From contig OZ253947.1 in the NCBI GenBank assembly GCA_965267345.1, forward strand, positions 3,648 through 67,647: a stretch of 64,000 nt of DNA, read 5' to 3'. Both the position numbers and the translations under genes were made by a program. Shown here piece by piece: positions 17,417-27,189 of this stretch (position 1 is its first letter; each line of letters opens with the position of its first letter). The notes beneath the pieces are model-generated. The model was not told the origin of the DNA and ran no database searches. It saw only the letters and a program-made list of their open reading frames with translations. The DNA comes from Minisyncoccota bacterium (lineage in GTDB: Bacteria; Patescibacteriota; Minisyncoccia; Phycocordibacterales; UBA2100).

Positions 17417-18262
17417 CTACTCAAATGTTGCGCGATACGCACTCTTCGGGTAGGTGCCGAGTACCTGTACGTGGTGCGCGTAGGTGCTGAGGGCAGAAAG
17501 TGCTGCAGCACAGCCCTCAAATTCGGGTGCCCCTTCGAATTCGAGGTAGAATTGCGCTTGTTTGTTACGCGTCATGGGCACAAAACTCTCGAGCTTGACG
17601 ATGTTGACGCCGTATTCTGCAAAGCCGCTGAGCGACTTATAGAGCGCCATCGGCACATTGCGGACGTCGTAGACGATACTGGTCAGTACCGCCGCGTCAG
17701 TCGGCACTGGTGGTGCAGTGTGTGTGAGTATCAGGAAACGCGTCACGTTACTCGCATCGTCTTCCATGTGCTCTTTGAGTACCTGTGTGCGCGGATAGAT
17801 GTCAGCGGCGCGGGTGGCGGCAAGTGCCGCGCACGTCGGGTCACCTTGTTCGGCAACAAAGGCAACGGCACCGGCGGTGTCGCCAAACGGTACCGATTCT
17901 AACCCCATGCGCGCGAGTGTCTGCGTGCACTGCGCGAGCGCTTCGCGGTGGCTGTACACACGGGTGACAGTATCGAGCGCGGCGGTGTCGGTGCCGATCA
18001 GTGCGTGGTGGATCGGCAGAAAGTGCTCGGCAATGACGGTAAGACCACTGTCGGGGAGTAAGTGGTGCATGTCAGCCACACGGCCGGCCGTTGAGTTCTC
18101 AATCGGCAAAAGAGCGTGCGTTGCCTCGTGCGACTGTACTGCCTCAATCGCAGCACGAAAGGTCGGGTAGCCGGTGGCAGTGGCGTCGGGGAAGCACTCG
18201 CGCGCTGCCAAACTTGAGTACGAGCCGCCAACGCCTTGGTAGGCAACATGCACGGCACTCAT
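17417..18262 (-). CDS. pheA: Prephenate dehydratase
   Basis: AYQG..GSYS, PIENSTAG, SHREALAQC, NVTRFL, ACT domain with KLESF. Confidence 0.92.
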   Translation of the reverse strand: MSAVHVAYQGVGGSYSSLAARECFPDATATGYPTFRAAIEAVQSHEATHALLPIENSTAGRVADMHHLLPDSGLTVIAEHFLPIHHALIGTDTAALDTVTRVYSHREALAQCTQTLARMGLESVPFGDTAGAVAFVAEQGDPTCAALAATRAADIYPRTQVLKEHMEDDASNVTRFLILTHTAPPVPTDAAVLTSIVYDVRNVPMALYKSLSGFAEYGVNIVKLESFVPMTRNKQAQFYLEFEGAPEFEGCAAALSALSTYAHHVQVLGTYPKSAYRATFE

Positions 18263-18265
18263 ACA

Positions 18266-19795
18266 CTAGCGTGCGTACTCAATACAGCGACTCTCGCGGA
18301 TGACATTCACCTTCACTTCACCCGGATAGTTGAGCTCGCTTTCAATGCGCGCTGCAATATCGTGAGCGAGCTGTCGCGCAGCGATGTCGTTGACTTCGTC
18401 AGGGCGTACGAATACGCGCACCTCACGGCCGGCCGATACGGCGTAGCTCTTGTCGATACCCGGAAAGCTGTTCACCAATGATTCGAGCTCCTCGAGGCGC
18501 TTGATGTAGTTTTCGACGGTGTCACGGCGTGCACCCGGGCGTCCGCCGGAAATAGCGTCGGCCACCTGTACGATGTACGACTCAAGGTTTGCGTACGGAT
18601 ACTCTTCGTGGTGTGCCTCCATTGCCTTAATAACCTCGGGGTCAACGTTGAACTTCTGCAGGATACGACGGCCGATTTCAACGTGCGTTCCCTGTACTTC
18701 GTGGTCGACGGCCTTACCGATATCGTGGAGCAGCGCACCCGCGCGTGCAACCTGTACGTTCGCACCAATTTCCTCGGCGATCATTGCCGCAATGTGTGCC
18801 ATCTCAGTTGAGTGGGCGAGTACATTCTGTCCGTAACTGGTGCGGAAGTGGAGCCGCCCGAGCACGATTAGCAAGCGTGGGTCAAGGTTGTGCACGCCAG
18901 CTTCGTACGCAGCTTCTTCACCCTTCTTTTTGATGATGATGTTGATCTCTTCACGTGCTTTCTCCACCATCTCCTCGATTTTTGCGGGCTGAATACGGCC
19001 GTCGATGATGAGATTTTCCAATGCGACGCGTGCAATCTGACGACGAATCGGGTCAAATGACGAAATGGTGAGTGCTCCTGGCGTGTCATCGATAATGACG
19101 TCAACACCCGAGGCACGCTCAAAAGCGCGAATATTACGGCCCTCCTTACCGATGATTTTTCCTTTGATTTCTTCATTCGGCAGCGATACTGTCGTTGACA
19201 GCACCTCAGCTTGTAGGGAATTGCCCATGCGGTGTACGGCGGTGGTAAGAATCTCCTGTGCACGCTTTTCAAAACGCTCAGCGCCATCGCGCTCGAGCTT
19301 TTGCAGACGCACGCTCAGATCTTCCTCATACATGCTCTGGAGCTGCTTCATGAGCTCTTCTTTGGCCTCCTCAGCAGAGAGCTGGGCAACCTTTTCGAGC
19401 TCCTTTTGCTTTGTCTCAAGAGCGCGTTCAACTTCTTCACGCTCGCCGGCGAGTGTTTCGCGCTCGGCGCGCATCTCCTCACCTTCTTCGTCAAGGTCGG
19501 TTTGGCGCTTATCGAGCAGCTCTTCTTTGCGCACGAGGCGCTCTTCGGTTTTTTTAAGGTCTGCTTCTTTTTCTTTCAGCTCCTGTGTTCGTTCGGCGAT
19601 GATTTTGTCCGCTTTTTTCTCGGCGTCCTCGGTGATGCGCTTGGCATCCTCCTTCGCCTCAAGCATCATCTGCTTGATTTGCAGCTCCATTGAGCCACGT
19701 TTACCTAACGACACAATCCAGCGCAGGAAGTATCCGAACGCTGTGCCGGCTGCTGCGGCAAGGAGCAGCAGCATGAGAATTACTTTTAAGGACAT
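18266..19795 (-). CDS. rny: Ribonuclease Y
   Basis: N-terminal TM, coiled coil, KH (KGKIIGKEGRNIR), HD (LLHDIGKA), ADAISGGRPGAR. Confidence 0.97.
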   Translation of the reverse strand: MSLKVILMLLLLAAAAGTAFGYFLRWIVSLGKRGSMELQIKQMMLEAKEDAKRITEDAEKKADKIIAERTQELKEKEADLKKTEERLVRKEELLDKRQTDLDEEGEEMRAERETLAGEREEVERALETKQKELEKVAQLSAEEAKEELMKQLQSMYEEDLSVRLQKLERDGAERFEKRAQEILTTAVHRMGNSLQAEVLSTTVSLPNEEIKGKIIGKEGRNIRAFERASGVDVIIDDTPGALTISSFDPIRRQIARVALENLIIDGRIQPAKIEEMVEKAREEINIIIKKKGEEAAYEAGVHNLDPRLLIVLGRLHFRTSYGQNVLAHSTEMAHIAAMIAEEIGANVQVARAGALLHDIGKAVDHEVQGTHVEIGRRILQKFNVDPEVIKAMEAHHEEYPYANLESYIVQVADAISGGRPGARRDTVENYIKRLEELESLVNSFPGIDKSYAVSAGREVRVFVRPDEVNDIAARQLAHDIAARIESELNYPGEVKVNVIRESRCIEYAR

Positions 19796-19806
19796 ATGTG
19801 CTATGC

Positions 19807-19919
19807 CCGTTTTCTCTTATCTATGTGCGAATGTGGTACGCGGTGCGTCGTGTGAAGTGCATGCGGAACGGTCGCTACAGGAGTACATACATTAGTCTAC
19901 AGAAAAGAGAAAAACAGGA
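19807..19919 (-). ncRNA. Candidate long-hairpin RNA (6S-like or leader) upstream of rny
   Basis: The ends pair (rc CCTGTTTTTCTCTT ... AAGAGAAAACGGG), with inner AATGT/ACATT and GTAC/GTAC helices. Confidence 0.3.
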
Positions 19920-20045
19920 CTTTCTTACTGAATCAATAATTAAATACAACCAGTAGTGCAAGAATACCAAAAATATGTCAATACGCAAAAGCCCGCAGGA
20001 TGTGTGTCACCGCTGCGGGCTCCGCGACGCGCACGAGGGTGGCGT

Positions 20046-20654
20046 CTATTTGAGTACTTTGTCGACGAGGCCGTACTTTTTCGCCTCGTCGGCAGCCATA
20101 AAGTAGTCGCGGTCGATATCGTGTTCGATTTTTTCTTTTGTCTGCCCCGTATTGTCCGCCATCATCTCAACTAAACGGCGCTTGGTGCGAAGGATGTTTT
20201 CAGCGGTGATCGCAATGTCACTTGCCTGACCCTGTGCGCCGCCAAGCGGCTGGTGAATCATCACCTCGGCATTCGGGAGGGCGTAGCGCTTGCCTTTAGC
20301 GCCCGACGAGAGCAGCCACGCACCACCTGAAGCAGCAAGGCCAACGCACACCGTCGAAACATCGGGCTTGATGTGGTTCATCGTATCAATCATTGCCAGC
20401 GTAGCCGATACTGACCCGCCCGGAGAGTTGATGTAGAGAGAGATGTCTGCTTTCGGGTCCTCCGACTGCAAAAAGAGGAGCTGTGCGATGATGAGATTTG
20501 CCATCTCGTCATAAATGGGGCCGCCAAGAAAGACGACGCGCTCCTTCAGGAGGCGCGAGTAGATATCGTACGCGCGCTCGCCGAACTGACCCTTTTCAAC
20601 GACCATGGGCACAAGTTGTGCCGTGGGCGTGTGTGATGCTTTTTCCATTTCCAT
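20046..20654 (-). CDS. clpP: ATP-dependent Clp protease proteolytic subunit
   Basis: [35 protein letters not shown]. Confidence 0.97.
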   Translation of the reverse strand: MEMEKASHTPTAQLVPMVVEKGQFGERAYDIYSRLLKERVVFLGGPIYDEMANLIIAQLLFLQSEDPKADISLYINSPGGSVSATLAMIDTMNHIKPDVSTVCVGLAASGGAWLLSSGAKGKRYALPNAEVMIHQPLGGAQGQASDIAITAENILRTKRRLVEMMADNTGQTKEKIEHDIDRDYFMAADEAKKYGLVDKVLK

Positions 20655-20701
20655 AGGTGCGCATCGTAGCACAGCAGAGCTGCGTTTTCTAGAATGCAGT
20701 G

Positions 20702-21793
20702 CTACTGTTTCGCATCAGCACCTGCCTGCTCGAGGTACTGGAAGACCGCTTCGTTGCGCTTTGTGGTCTCGACGTAAATGCGAATATTTTCTTCCTCAGC
20801 CTGCGGATAGTGCTTTTTAACGTATTCAATTTCGTGCGCCACTTCGTCGGCGTCCGGCGTGATGTTTTGTTCTTTTGCAATGGTATTGAGGATAAGCTGC
20901 AACTTAGCGCGCTTTACTGCCTCAGGCTCCCACTCTTTTTTGAGCTCGTCGAGTGTTTTGCCGATGTTGGCGAGGTAGTCGTCAAATTTTGTACCCGTCT
21001 GTGCGACTTGGCCTTCCACTTGCATCTGGATGCGTTGCAGTTCCTGATCGATCATCAGTTGCGGCAGCTCAATGGTTGCCTGATCGATGATCTTTTCAAC
21101 TGTTTCAATGCGCTTTTTCTCGCGCTCGCGCAGCTCTTTCTCAGCCTTGAGATTGTCGCGTACTTTCTGGGTGAAGTCGGCTACGTCGGTAAAGTCGCCG
21201 AGTGTTTTGACAAACTCGTCAGTGAGCTCGGGTAGCTCGTCGTCTTTGACGTCCACAGGCTGTGGCTCTTCAATGCCTTCACCCTTTTGCTTTTCGTACT
21301 GATCAATTTGCGCGCGCTGGCGGCGTACGTGGGTGAGGGTTTCTTCGAGTTCGGCATCAGTGACGACGATTTCTTTCTCCTCTTGCGCAAATACCTCACG
21401 GGCGATTTTCGCGTAGTCGGGGAGGGTGATGTCGGGCATGACGGCTGTAGTTGCCGTAAACTCGAGCGGATTGTCTGCCGCCATTTTCGTAATCTGAATG
21501 CGGGGCGACCCGATGGCATCGATATTGTTGTCCGTGACGATGCGCGGGTAAATGGCAGACAATGCGAGGTTTGCCGCGCGCTCGAGGATACGGTCTTCAC
21601 CGATATGCTCAACGAGCATGTCTTCGGGGACGTTGCCCTTGCGAAATCCCGGAAGCTCGACATCTGCACCTAGCTCCTGCAGGGCTTTCGTGCGGTACGA
21701 CTGCATGACGTCGGCAGGAATGCTCGCTTTTATTTCGTGCTCCGACTGCTCAAGTGCTTTTGATTCAAAATCAGTATAGTGTTGTTGTGTCAT
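20702..21793 (-). CDS. tig: Trigger factor (short, no FKBP domain)
   Basis: PGFRKGNVP ribosome-binding motif, [11 protein letters not shown]-terminal SurA-like region; adjacent to clpP. Confidence 0.9.
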   Translation of the reverse strand: MTQQHYTDFESKALEQSEHEIKASIPADVMQSYRTKALQELGADVELPGFRKGNVPEDMLVEHIGEDRILERAANLALSAIYPRIVTDNNIDAIGSPRIQITKMAADNPLEFTATTAVMPDITLPDYAKIAREVFAQEEKEIVVTDAELEETLTHVRRQRAQIDQYEKQKGEGIEEPQPVDVKDDELPELTDEFVKTLGDFTDVADFTQKVRDNLKAEKELREREKKRIETVEKIIDQATIELPQLMIDQELQRIQMQVEGQVAQTGTKFDDYLANIGKTLDELKKEWEPEAVKRAKLQLILNTIAKEQNITPDADEVAHEIEYVKKHYPQAEEENIRIYVETTKRNEAVFQYLEQAGADAKQ

Positions 21794-21896
21794 AGGCTCG
21801 GAGTGTACCAAGATACGCACCAAATGCAAAAACATCACGAATGAATCGCCTTTTTCCTCCCAGAGCGGGGGTGCTGCTGTACCAGTAGAAACCGCT

Positions 21897-21928
21897 AAAC
21901 CGCTATTTTGACGTCAAAATAGCGGTTT
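21897..21928. terminator. Perfect 32-bp palindrome / terminator
   Basis: AAACCGCTATTTTGACGTCAAAATAGCGGTTT. Confidence 0.6.
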
Positions 21929-21947
21929 TAGGTGCTTGGTGCGTGAG

Positions 21948-22241
21948 CTACTCAAACGCAGCATCGATACGCTCGAGCTCAGCGTCAATTTCAGCGTCGA
22001 GGGCATCAAGGTCAACTGATGCCTCAAGGTCACGCTCAATTGCTTCAGGTGATGTTGCTTCAGTAGTGTGCGCGCGTGACGTGTCAGCGGTGCCCAGTGG
22101 TTTGGTCATCCAGTAGTAGATACCGCCGAGGACGAGTATCGCGACAATAATGCTGGCGCCAATAACGGGACCGATGCCGTGCGTGTCTTTCGCGCTGTCG
22201 GCGACGGGCGTGTCGGTGCCATGAGGTGTCGTTTCGTTCAT
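21948..22241 (-). CDS. Small single-TM hypothetical protein
   Basis: GPVIGASIIVAILVLGGIYYW TM segment and acidic helical tail. Confidence 0.75.
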   Translation of the reverse strand: MNETTPHGTDTPVADSAKDTHGIGPVIGASIIVAILVLGGIYYWMTKPLGTADTSRAHTTEATSPEAIERDLEASVDLDALDAEIDAELERIDAAFE

Positions 22242-22270
22242 AGGTGTGTCGTTAGTGTGTATAAAATGAG

Positions 22271-23116
22271 TTATTCAACGGTAGCATCGATGCGGAGTGT
22301 TGCGGCGGCAGATTTTGTTGCAGCAATGGCGTCACGCAGCGCACGGTGTGCATCGCGTACCGCTGTGGCTGCCTCACGCACACTGGCACCAACACGGTCT
22401 TTGCCGGCTGCCGGATCCTCTGACTCAAGGAGCGCGACGATAGCGGCACGTGTCTCAGCAACGAGTTCCAGTGCGTCAGTAATCGCTTGTTCCGCAGCGA
22501 CGCGCGCTTCAAGTGCAGCAGTGACGTCGGCACCGGCGTCTTCAAGCTCGGCAATACGCTCGTCCAGTCGGGTCAGGGCATCGCTGAAGGTTTCAAGTGC
22601 AGTGGTGAGCCCTGAAAGGATGCGCTCAAATGGCGCCTTTATGCGCTGAGCGACGTCGGTGCGTATATCGGCGCGAAGTTCCGCGCGTTGTTCGCGTAAG
22701 GTTGTGCGCATGTCCTCAGCGCGCTCGCGGAATGCCTCGCGCATGGCACCGGCTCGCTCCTGTAGCTGTGTGCGGATCTCTTCGGCACGGAGGCTGGTGA
22801 AGTCGGTGTCGTCGCGGACGGTGTCGAGACGTTCGCGAAGCTCGTCACGCTGCTGCGTCGCGGTATCACGGAGTTCACGGCGCAGGTCTTCAGCACGGTC
22901 GCGAAAGATGTCGCGTTCCGCTTCAATCTCTGCACGCACCTCGGCGCGTGTGTCGTTCGGGATGCGCAACGGCTGTCGCTCAAGACTTTCAAATTCACGC
23001 GGGGCGTCGCGCTCGGGAGCCCGAAAGAGCTCTTGCGCATTCGCTGCAGCGCTTGGCAGTGCAAGTGCACAGGCGAGTAATCCGATGGTGCTCAGTGAGA
23101 ACGTCGTTCGTTTCAT
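22271..23116 (-). CDS. Secreted coiled-coil protein
   Basis: Signal peptide MKRTTFSLSTIGLLACALALPSAAANA; R/E/A-rich helical repeats. Confidence 0.78.
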   Translation of the reverse strand: MKRTTFSLSTIGLLACALALPSAAANAQELFRAPERDAPREFESLERQPLRIPNDTRAEVRAEIEAERDIFRDRAEDLRRELRDTATQQRDELRERLDTVRDDTDFTSLRAEEIRTQLQERAGAMREAFRERAEDMRTTLREQRAELRADIRTDVAQRIKAPFERILSGLTTALETFSDALTRLDERIAELEDAGADVTAALEARVAAEQAITDALELVAETRAAIVALLESEDPAAGKDRVGASVREAATAVRDAHRALRDAIAATKSAAATLRIDATVE

Positions 23117-23251
23117 ACGAAGTAGATAATGTGGATGAGTAACAATAGAGGAGCGATACGACTCGCGTACTCCTATACTCAAAATCCTACACCCCTGACC
23201 GCAGAGCGGTCAGGGGTGCTGTGGACAATAGCGCGCCGAGGCGTGCGGACG

Positions 23252-23788
23252 CTATTTTGCAAACGTGCTCTGGTAGAGTTCGGCAGCTTTGGTGACAGCT
23301 GCTTTTGCCTCTTTCGCGCCGTTGATGGCGGGGATTTCTACCGGTGCCGGCTTGCCCTTGAGGGCCTTGTAGGTCTCAAAGAAGTGTTTAAAGTCTTCGA
23401 GCATGTGCTCATTGAGGTCGGCAAGATCGTGGGTATTGTCCCAGCGCTTGTCGTCAACGGGTACACCGATGACTTTAAAGTCCGAGTCGCCGTCGTCGAT
23501 CATTTCAATGACCGCAACCGGACGGACGTTTACGAGAATGCCTGAGGCAAGCGGGTGGGTGGTGAGTACGATTACATCGAGCGGATCTTCATCTTCCCAG
23601 TACGTTTGCGGCGCAAAGCCGTAGTCAAACGGGTAGGCGAATGATGAGTAGTTTGCGCGATCGAGCTTAATGAGTCCGGTGCTCTTGTCAATTTCGTACT
23701 TATTGTGCGATCCGCGGGGGATCTCGATAATGACGTTAATTTCGTCGGGGGCGTTGTCGCCAAGGGGTACATCGTGCCAAAGGTCCAT
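23252..23788 (-). CDS. ppa: Inorganic pyrophosphatase
   Basis: EIPRGS.NKYE, YPFDYGF, DEDPLD, DDGDSDFK, HFFETYK; ATG 23788. Confidence 0.96.
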   Translation of the reverse strand: MDLWHDVPLGDNAPDEINVIIEIPRGSHNKYEIDKSTGLIKLDRANYSSFAYPFDYGFAPQTYWEDEDPLDVIVLTTHPLASGILVNVRPVAVIEMIDDGDSDFKVIGVPVDDKRWDNTHDLADLNEHMLEDFKHFFETYKALKGKPAPVEIPAINGAKEAKAAVTKAAELYQSTFAK

Positions 23789-23828
23789 ACGTTCGTGAGT
23801 TAATGGGTAACGTGTGCGTATTGTACCG

Positions 23829-25193
23829 CTACTTCTCCTTACTGTCTTCCTCGCTATCTGACGAGTCAGTAGCAGTCTCTTCGGTGTCTTCTGAAGCTTC
23901 TTCTGTGTCGTTCTGTGGTGTTTCTGCAGGTTCCTGCTCTTCGTCTTCGGGCGTAGCGTCAGCGGCGGTCTGCTTTTCTTCCGCGTCGTCGCTGTCTGTC
24001 GGTGTGGCAGCAGGCGCGGCATCAGCGAGTTCGTCTTCGTTGATTTCAACCGTTTCGCCGGCAGCATCAGTCTCGGCAAGTTGCTCACCCTGTGCTGAGC
24101 GGATATCAATCGCCCAGCCCGTGAGTTTTGCGGCGAGGCGGACGTTCTGTCCACCGCGACCAATGGCGAGTGACTGTTGGTCCTCAACTACCTCAACTTC
24201 AGCGCGCTTGTGCTCGTCGGTCTCTTCGGTAATTTCAACGGAGAGTACCTCGGCAGGTGAGAGCGCGCGTTCGATAAAGTCGCGTGGGTCTTCCGCCCAC
24301 TCGATGATGTCGATTTTTTCGCCACCGAGTTCACTCGTGACGGTTGAAACGCGCACCCCGCGCTGTCCGACGAGTGCGCCAACTGGGTCAACGTGGTCGT
24401 CGTGGGTTACCACAGCAAGTTTTGAGCGTGAGCCGGCTTCGCGCGCGACGTGCTTAATTTCAATGGTGCCGTTTGCCAATTCCGGTGATTCGAGTTCGAA
24501 GAGTTTCACGAGGAATTGCGGGTTGGCGCGTGACAGGCGCAGGAAGGTGCTGCCGCGCGGATTTTCATCTACCTTGAGGAGTAGCGCGCGAATACGTTCA
24601 CCTTGGCGGTAGCGCTCACCGGGAATCTGCTCTTCATACGGCAGAATGGCCGTTGCGCGACCCAAGTCGATGAAGAGGTTGCCGCGCTCGAAGCGCTGGA
24701 CGTGACCTGATACGACGTCGCCTTCGCGCTCGCCGAATTCTTCAATGATTGAGACTTTCTCTGCTTCGCGAATTTTCTGCATGATGACCTGCTTCGCCGT
24801 TTGTGCGGCAATGCGACCGAAATCTTCATGTGGTTCAAGCGGAAATTCGATCTCATCGTCAAGCTCGACGTCTTTTTTGATGCGGCGGGCGTCTTCAATC
24901 ATGATGTGGTGCTCAGGATTAAAGCGGGTGCGCTCGCCATCCTCGTGTTCCTCCTCGTCTTCACCACGCACGAGCGTGTCGTCAACGGCAATTTTGATTT
25001 GCTTAAACTCCACGTCGCCACTTTCCATGTTAAAGACGGCACGAATAATCTGCCCGCGCTTGCCGTACTCTTTTTTGTACGCCGCGGCGAGTGCCATTTC
25101 AATTGCATCGATAACGCGCTCACGTGGGATACCGCGCTCTTGCTCGAGCTCGTCAAATACTGAACCAATGATTTTCAAATCAAATAAACTCAT
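23829..25193 (-). CDS. nusA: Transcription factor NusA
   Basis: FGRIAAQTAKQVI, S1, AREAGSRSK, AIGRGGQNVRLAAKLTGW; acidic tail. Confidence 0.97.
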   Translation of the reverse strand: MSLFDLKIIGSVFDELEQERGIPRERVIDAIEMALAAAYKKEYGKRGQIIRAVFNMESGDVEFKQIKIAVDDTLVRGEDEEEHEDGERTRFNPEHHIMIEDARRIKKDVELDDEIEFPLEPHEDFGRIAAQTAKQVIMQKIREAEKVSIIEEFGEREGDVVSGHVQRFERGNLFIDLGRATAILPYEEQIPGERYRQGERIRALLLKVDENPRGSTFLRLSRANPQFLVKLFELESPELANGTIEIKHVAREAGSRSKLAVVTHDDHVDPVGALVGQRGVRVSTVTSELGGEKIDIIEWAEDPRDFIERALSPAEVLSVEITEETDEHKRAEVEVVEDQQSLAIGRGGQNVRLAAKLTGWAIDIRSAQGEQLAETDAAGETVEINEDELADAAPAATPTDSDDAEEKQTAADATPEDEEQEPAETPQNDTEEASEDTEETATDSSDSEEDSKEK

Positions 25194-25438
25194 ACGCTCT
25201 ATTCGCTAATGGTTTTATAAAAAGAAAACCCGACCAACGGTCGGATATCTTTACTACGAGATATGTGCGGGTAAGTATACGCGGATACTGCCGCGCGTCA
25301 ACTCCTCCCGCGGCAGCGACGCGTGTACGTTTTGCACACGCGCAGTAGAGCACGGTGCCACGGTCGTTGCTATACTAAGGGTATCGAAGCGGCGCCACGC
25401 AGGTGTGCGTCGATCGCGTCGTGTAATCATCAAGCGTT

Positions 25439-27184
25439 GTGTACATTAATGACGAACAACTCCGTGAATTTCTGACCGACTCCGGACTCGTGTCGCAGAA
25501 GACGTTTGACGCTCGCGCCAAAGATGCACAGAAGCGCGACGTACCCGTCGGCGATGTACTGATCTCCGAGGGCGAACTCTCTGAAGACGACCTGCGACGC
25601 TCATACGCGTACATCCTCGGCATTCCGTTCGTTGATCTGACGGATGCGTCAGTTGATCTTAATACATTGGCACTGATTCCGGAGCCGATTGCCCGTCGCA
25701 ACAACATTGTTGCCTTTAAGCAGGAGGGGAACGAGCTGGAAGTGGCGATGCTCGACACCGACGACTTGGCGGCGATTGACTTCGTCAAGAAGAAAACGCA
25801 GCTGAAAATTTTGCCGCGGCTCACTGACGCCGGATCAATTAAGCACGTACTGCGTCAGTACCAGAAGTCGCTGAAAGACGAACTCGGTGACATTATTGCG
25901 CGTGAGTCGGAAACCTTTGAAAAGTTCGGTGAGGTACAGGTTGAAAATGAGAAAGATTTGCGCCAGCTCGCCGAAGGTATTCCTGCCGTGCGCGTGCTCG
26001 ACTCGCTACTGCGCCATGCAATCGTGCAAAATGCCAGTGACATCCACATTGAGCCACGCGAAAACGCACTGCTCGTTCGCTACCGTATCGACGGTATTTT
26101 GCACGACGCGATGTCACTGCCGAAAACAGCGGCCGCCTCAATTACTGCGCGAGTAAAAGTGCTCGCCAACTTGCGTCTCGATGAAAAACGCCTGCCGCAA
26201 GACGGACGCTTTCGCATGGAAACCGATGGCGATCGCGTGTCGTTCCGCGTCTCGGTGCTTCCAACCTACCACGGGGAAAAAACGGTGATGCGCCTGTTGC
26301 GCGAAGATGTCTCGGGCTTTACGCTCGAGAGCCTCGGCTTTCACGGTGACGGACTCGAGCGTGCCCACAGCGCGACGCGTAAAAAAACCGGTCTGATTCT
26401 GGTGACCGGTCCGACGGGTTCGGGTAAGTCGACCACGCTGTACACGATGCTCGATATTTTAAATACGCCCGACGTGAACATTTCAACCGTTGAAGATCCG
26501 ATCGAGTATCAGATGCCGCGTATTAATCAGACACAGGTACGCCCCGATATCGGTTTTTCATTTGCTACCGGCTTGCGCAGTCTCGTGCGTCAGGACCCCG
26601 ACATCATCATGGTGGGTGAGATTCGTGACCGCGAAACGGCGAGCTTGGCCATTAACGCCGCGCTCACCGGCCACTTGGTGCTCTCGACGCTGCACACCAA
26701 CTCGGCTGCTGGCGCCGTGCCGCGCTTGCTGGACATGGGCGTTGAGCCATTCTTGCTTGCCTCGACGCTGCAGGTCGTGATTGGGCAGCGTCTCGTACGT
26801 ACGCTCTGCAGCACGCGCGAGGAGTACCAACTCTCAACCTCTGAAGTGAATGGGCTTGAAAAACTGGCTGATCTCGGTGCAATTTTGCGCGCACTGAAAG
26901 AAGAGAATGCAGCACCAAAGAATGCAACATGGAAAACTTTGACGCTCGCCCGCGAAAAGGTAAGCAAGGAGTGCGAAACAGGATTCAGCGGCCGCCGCGG
27001 TATTCAGGAAATCCTGCCGGTATCGGAAGATATCAAGGAGCTTATTCTCAAGGGCGGTACCGCCGATGACATTGAAGATGCCGCACGCAAAGAGGGAATG
27101 CTCACCATGCTCGAAGACGGTATTTTCAAAAGCGCGACGGGCGTCACCAGTGTTGAAGAGGTACTCCGTGTAGTAAGCGAGTAA
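25439..27184 (+). CDS. pilB: Type IV pilus assembly ATPase PilB/GspE
   Basis: ASDIHIEP, RLPQDGR, GPTGSGKSTTLY, RQDPDIIMVGEIRD, TGHLVLSTLHTN; GTG start. Confidence 0.93.
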   Translation: MYINDEQLREFLTDSGLVSQKTFDARAKDAQKRDVPVGDVLISEGELSEDDLRRSYAYILGIPFVDLTDASVDLNTLALIPEPIARRNNIVAFKQEGNELEVAMLDTDDLAAIDFVKKKTQLKILPRLTDAGSIKHVLRQYQKSLKDELGDIIARESETFEKFGEVQVENEKDLRQLAEGIPAVRVLDSLLRHAIVQNASDIHIEPRENALLVRYRIDGILHDAMSLPKTAAASITARVKVLANLRLDEKRLPQDGRFRMETDGDRVSFRVSVLPTYHGEKTVMRLLREDVSGFTLESLGFHGDGLERAHSATRKKTGLILVTGPTGSGKSTTLYTMLDILNTPDVNISTVEDPIEYQMPRINQTQVRPDIGFSFATGLRSLVRQDPDIIMVGEIRDRETASLAINAALTGHLVLSTLHTNSAAGAVPRLLDMGVEPFLLASTLQVVIGQRLVRTLCSTREEYQLSTSEVNGLEKLADLGAILRALKEENAAPKNATWKTLTLAREKVSKECETGFSGRRGIQEILPVSEDIKELILKGGTADDIEDAARKEGMLTMLEDGIFKSATGVTSVEEVLRVVSE

Positions 27185-27189
27185 GGGGT

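Noticed and set aside
20702-21793. Trigger factor as a pseudogene
   Set aside because: Intact frame with N- and C-terminal domains; only the PPIase domain is missing, consistent with streamlining
23789-24187. N-terminal extension of ppa in the ORF track
   Set aside because: Overlaps nusA in another frame; PPase homology starts at ATG 23788
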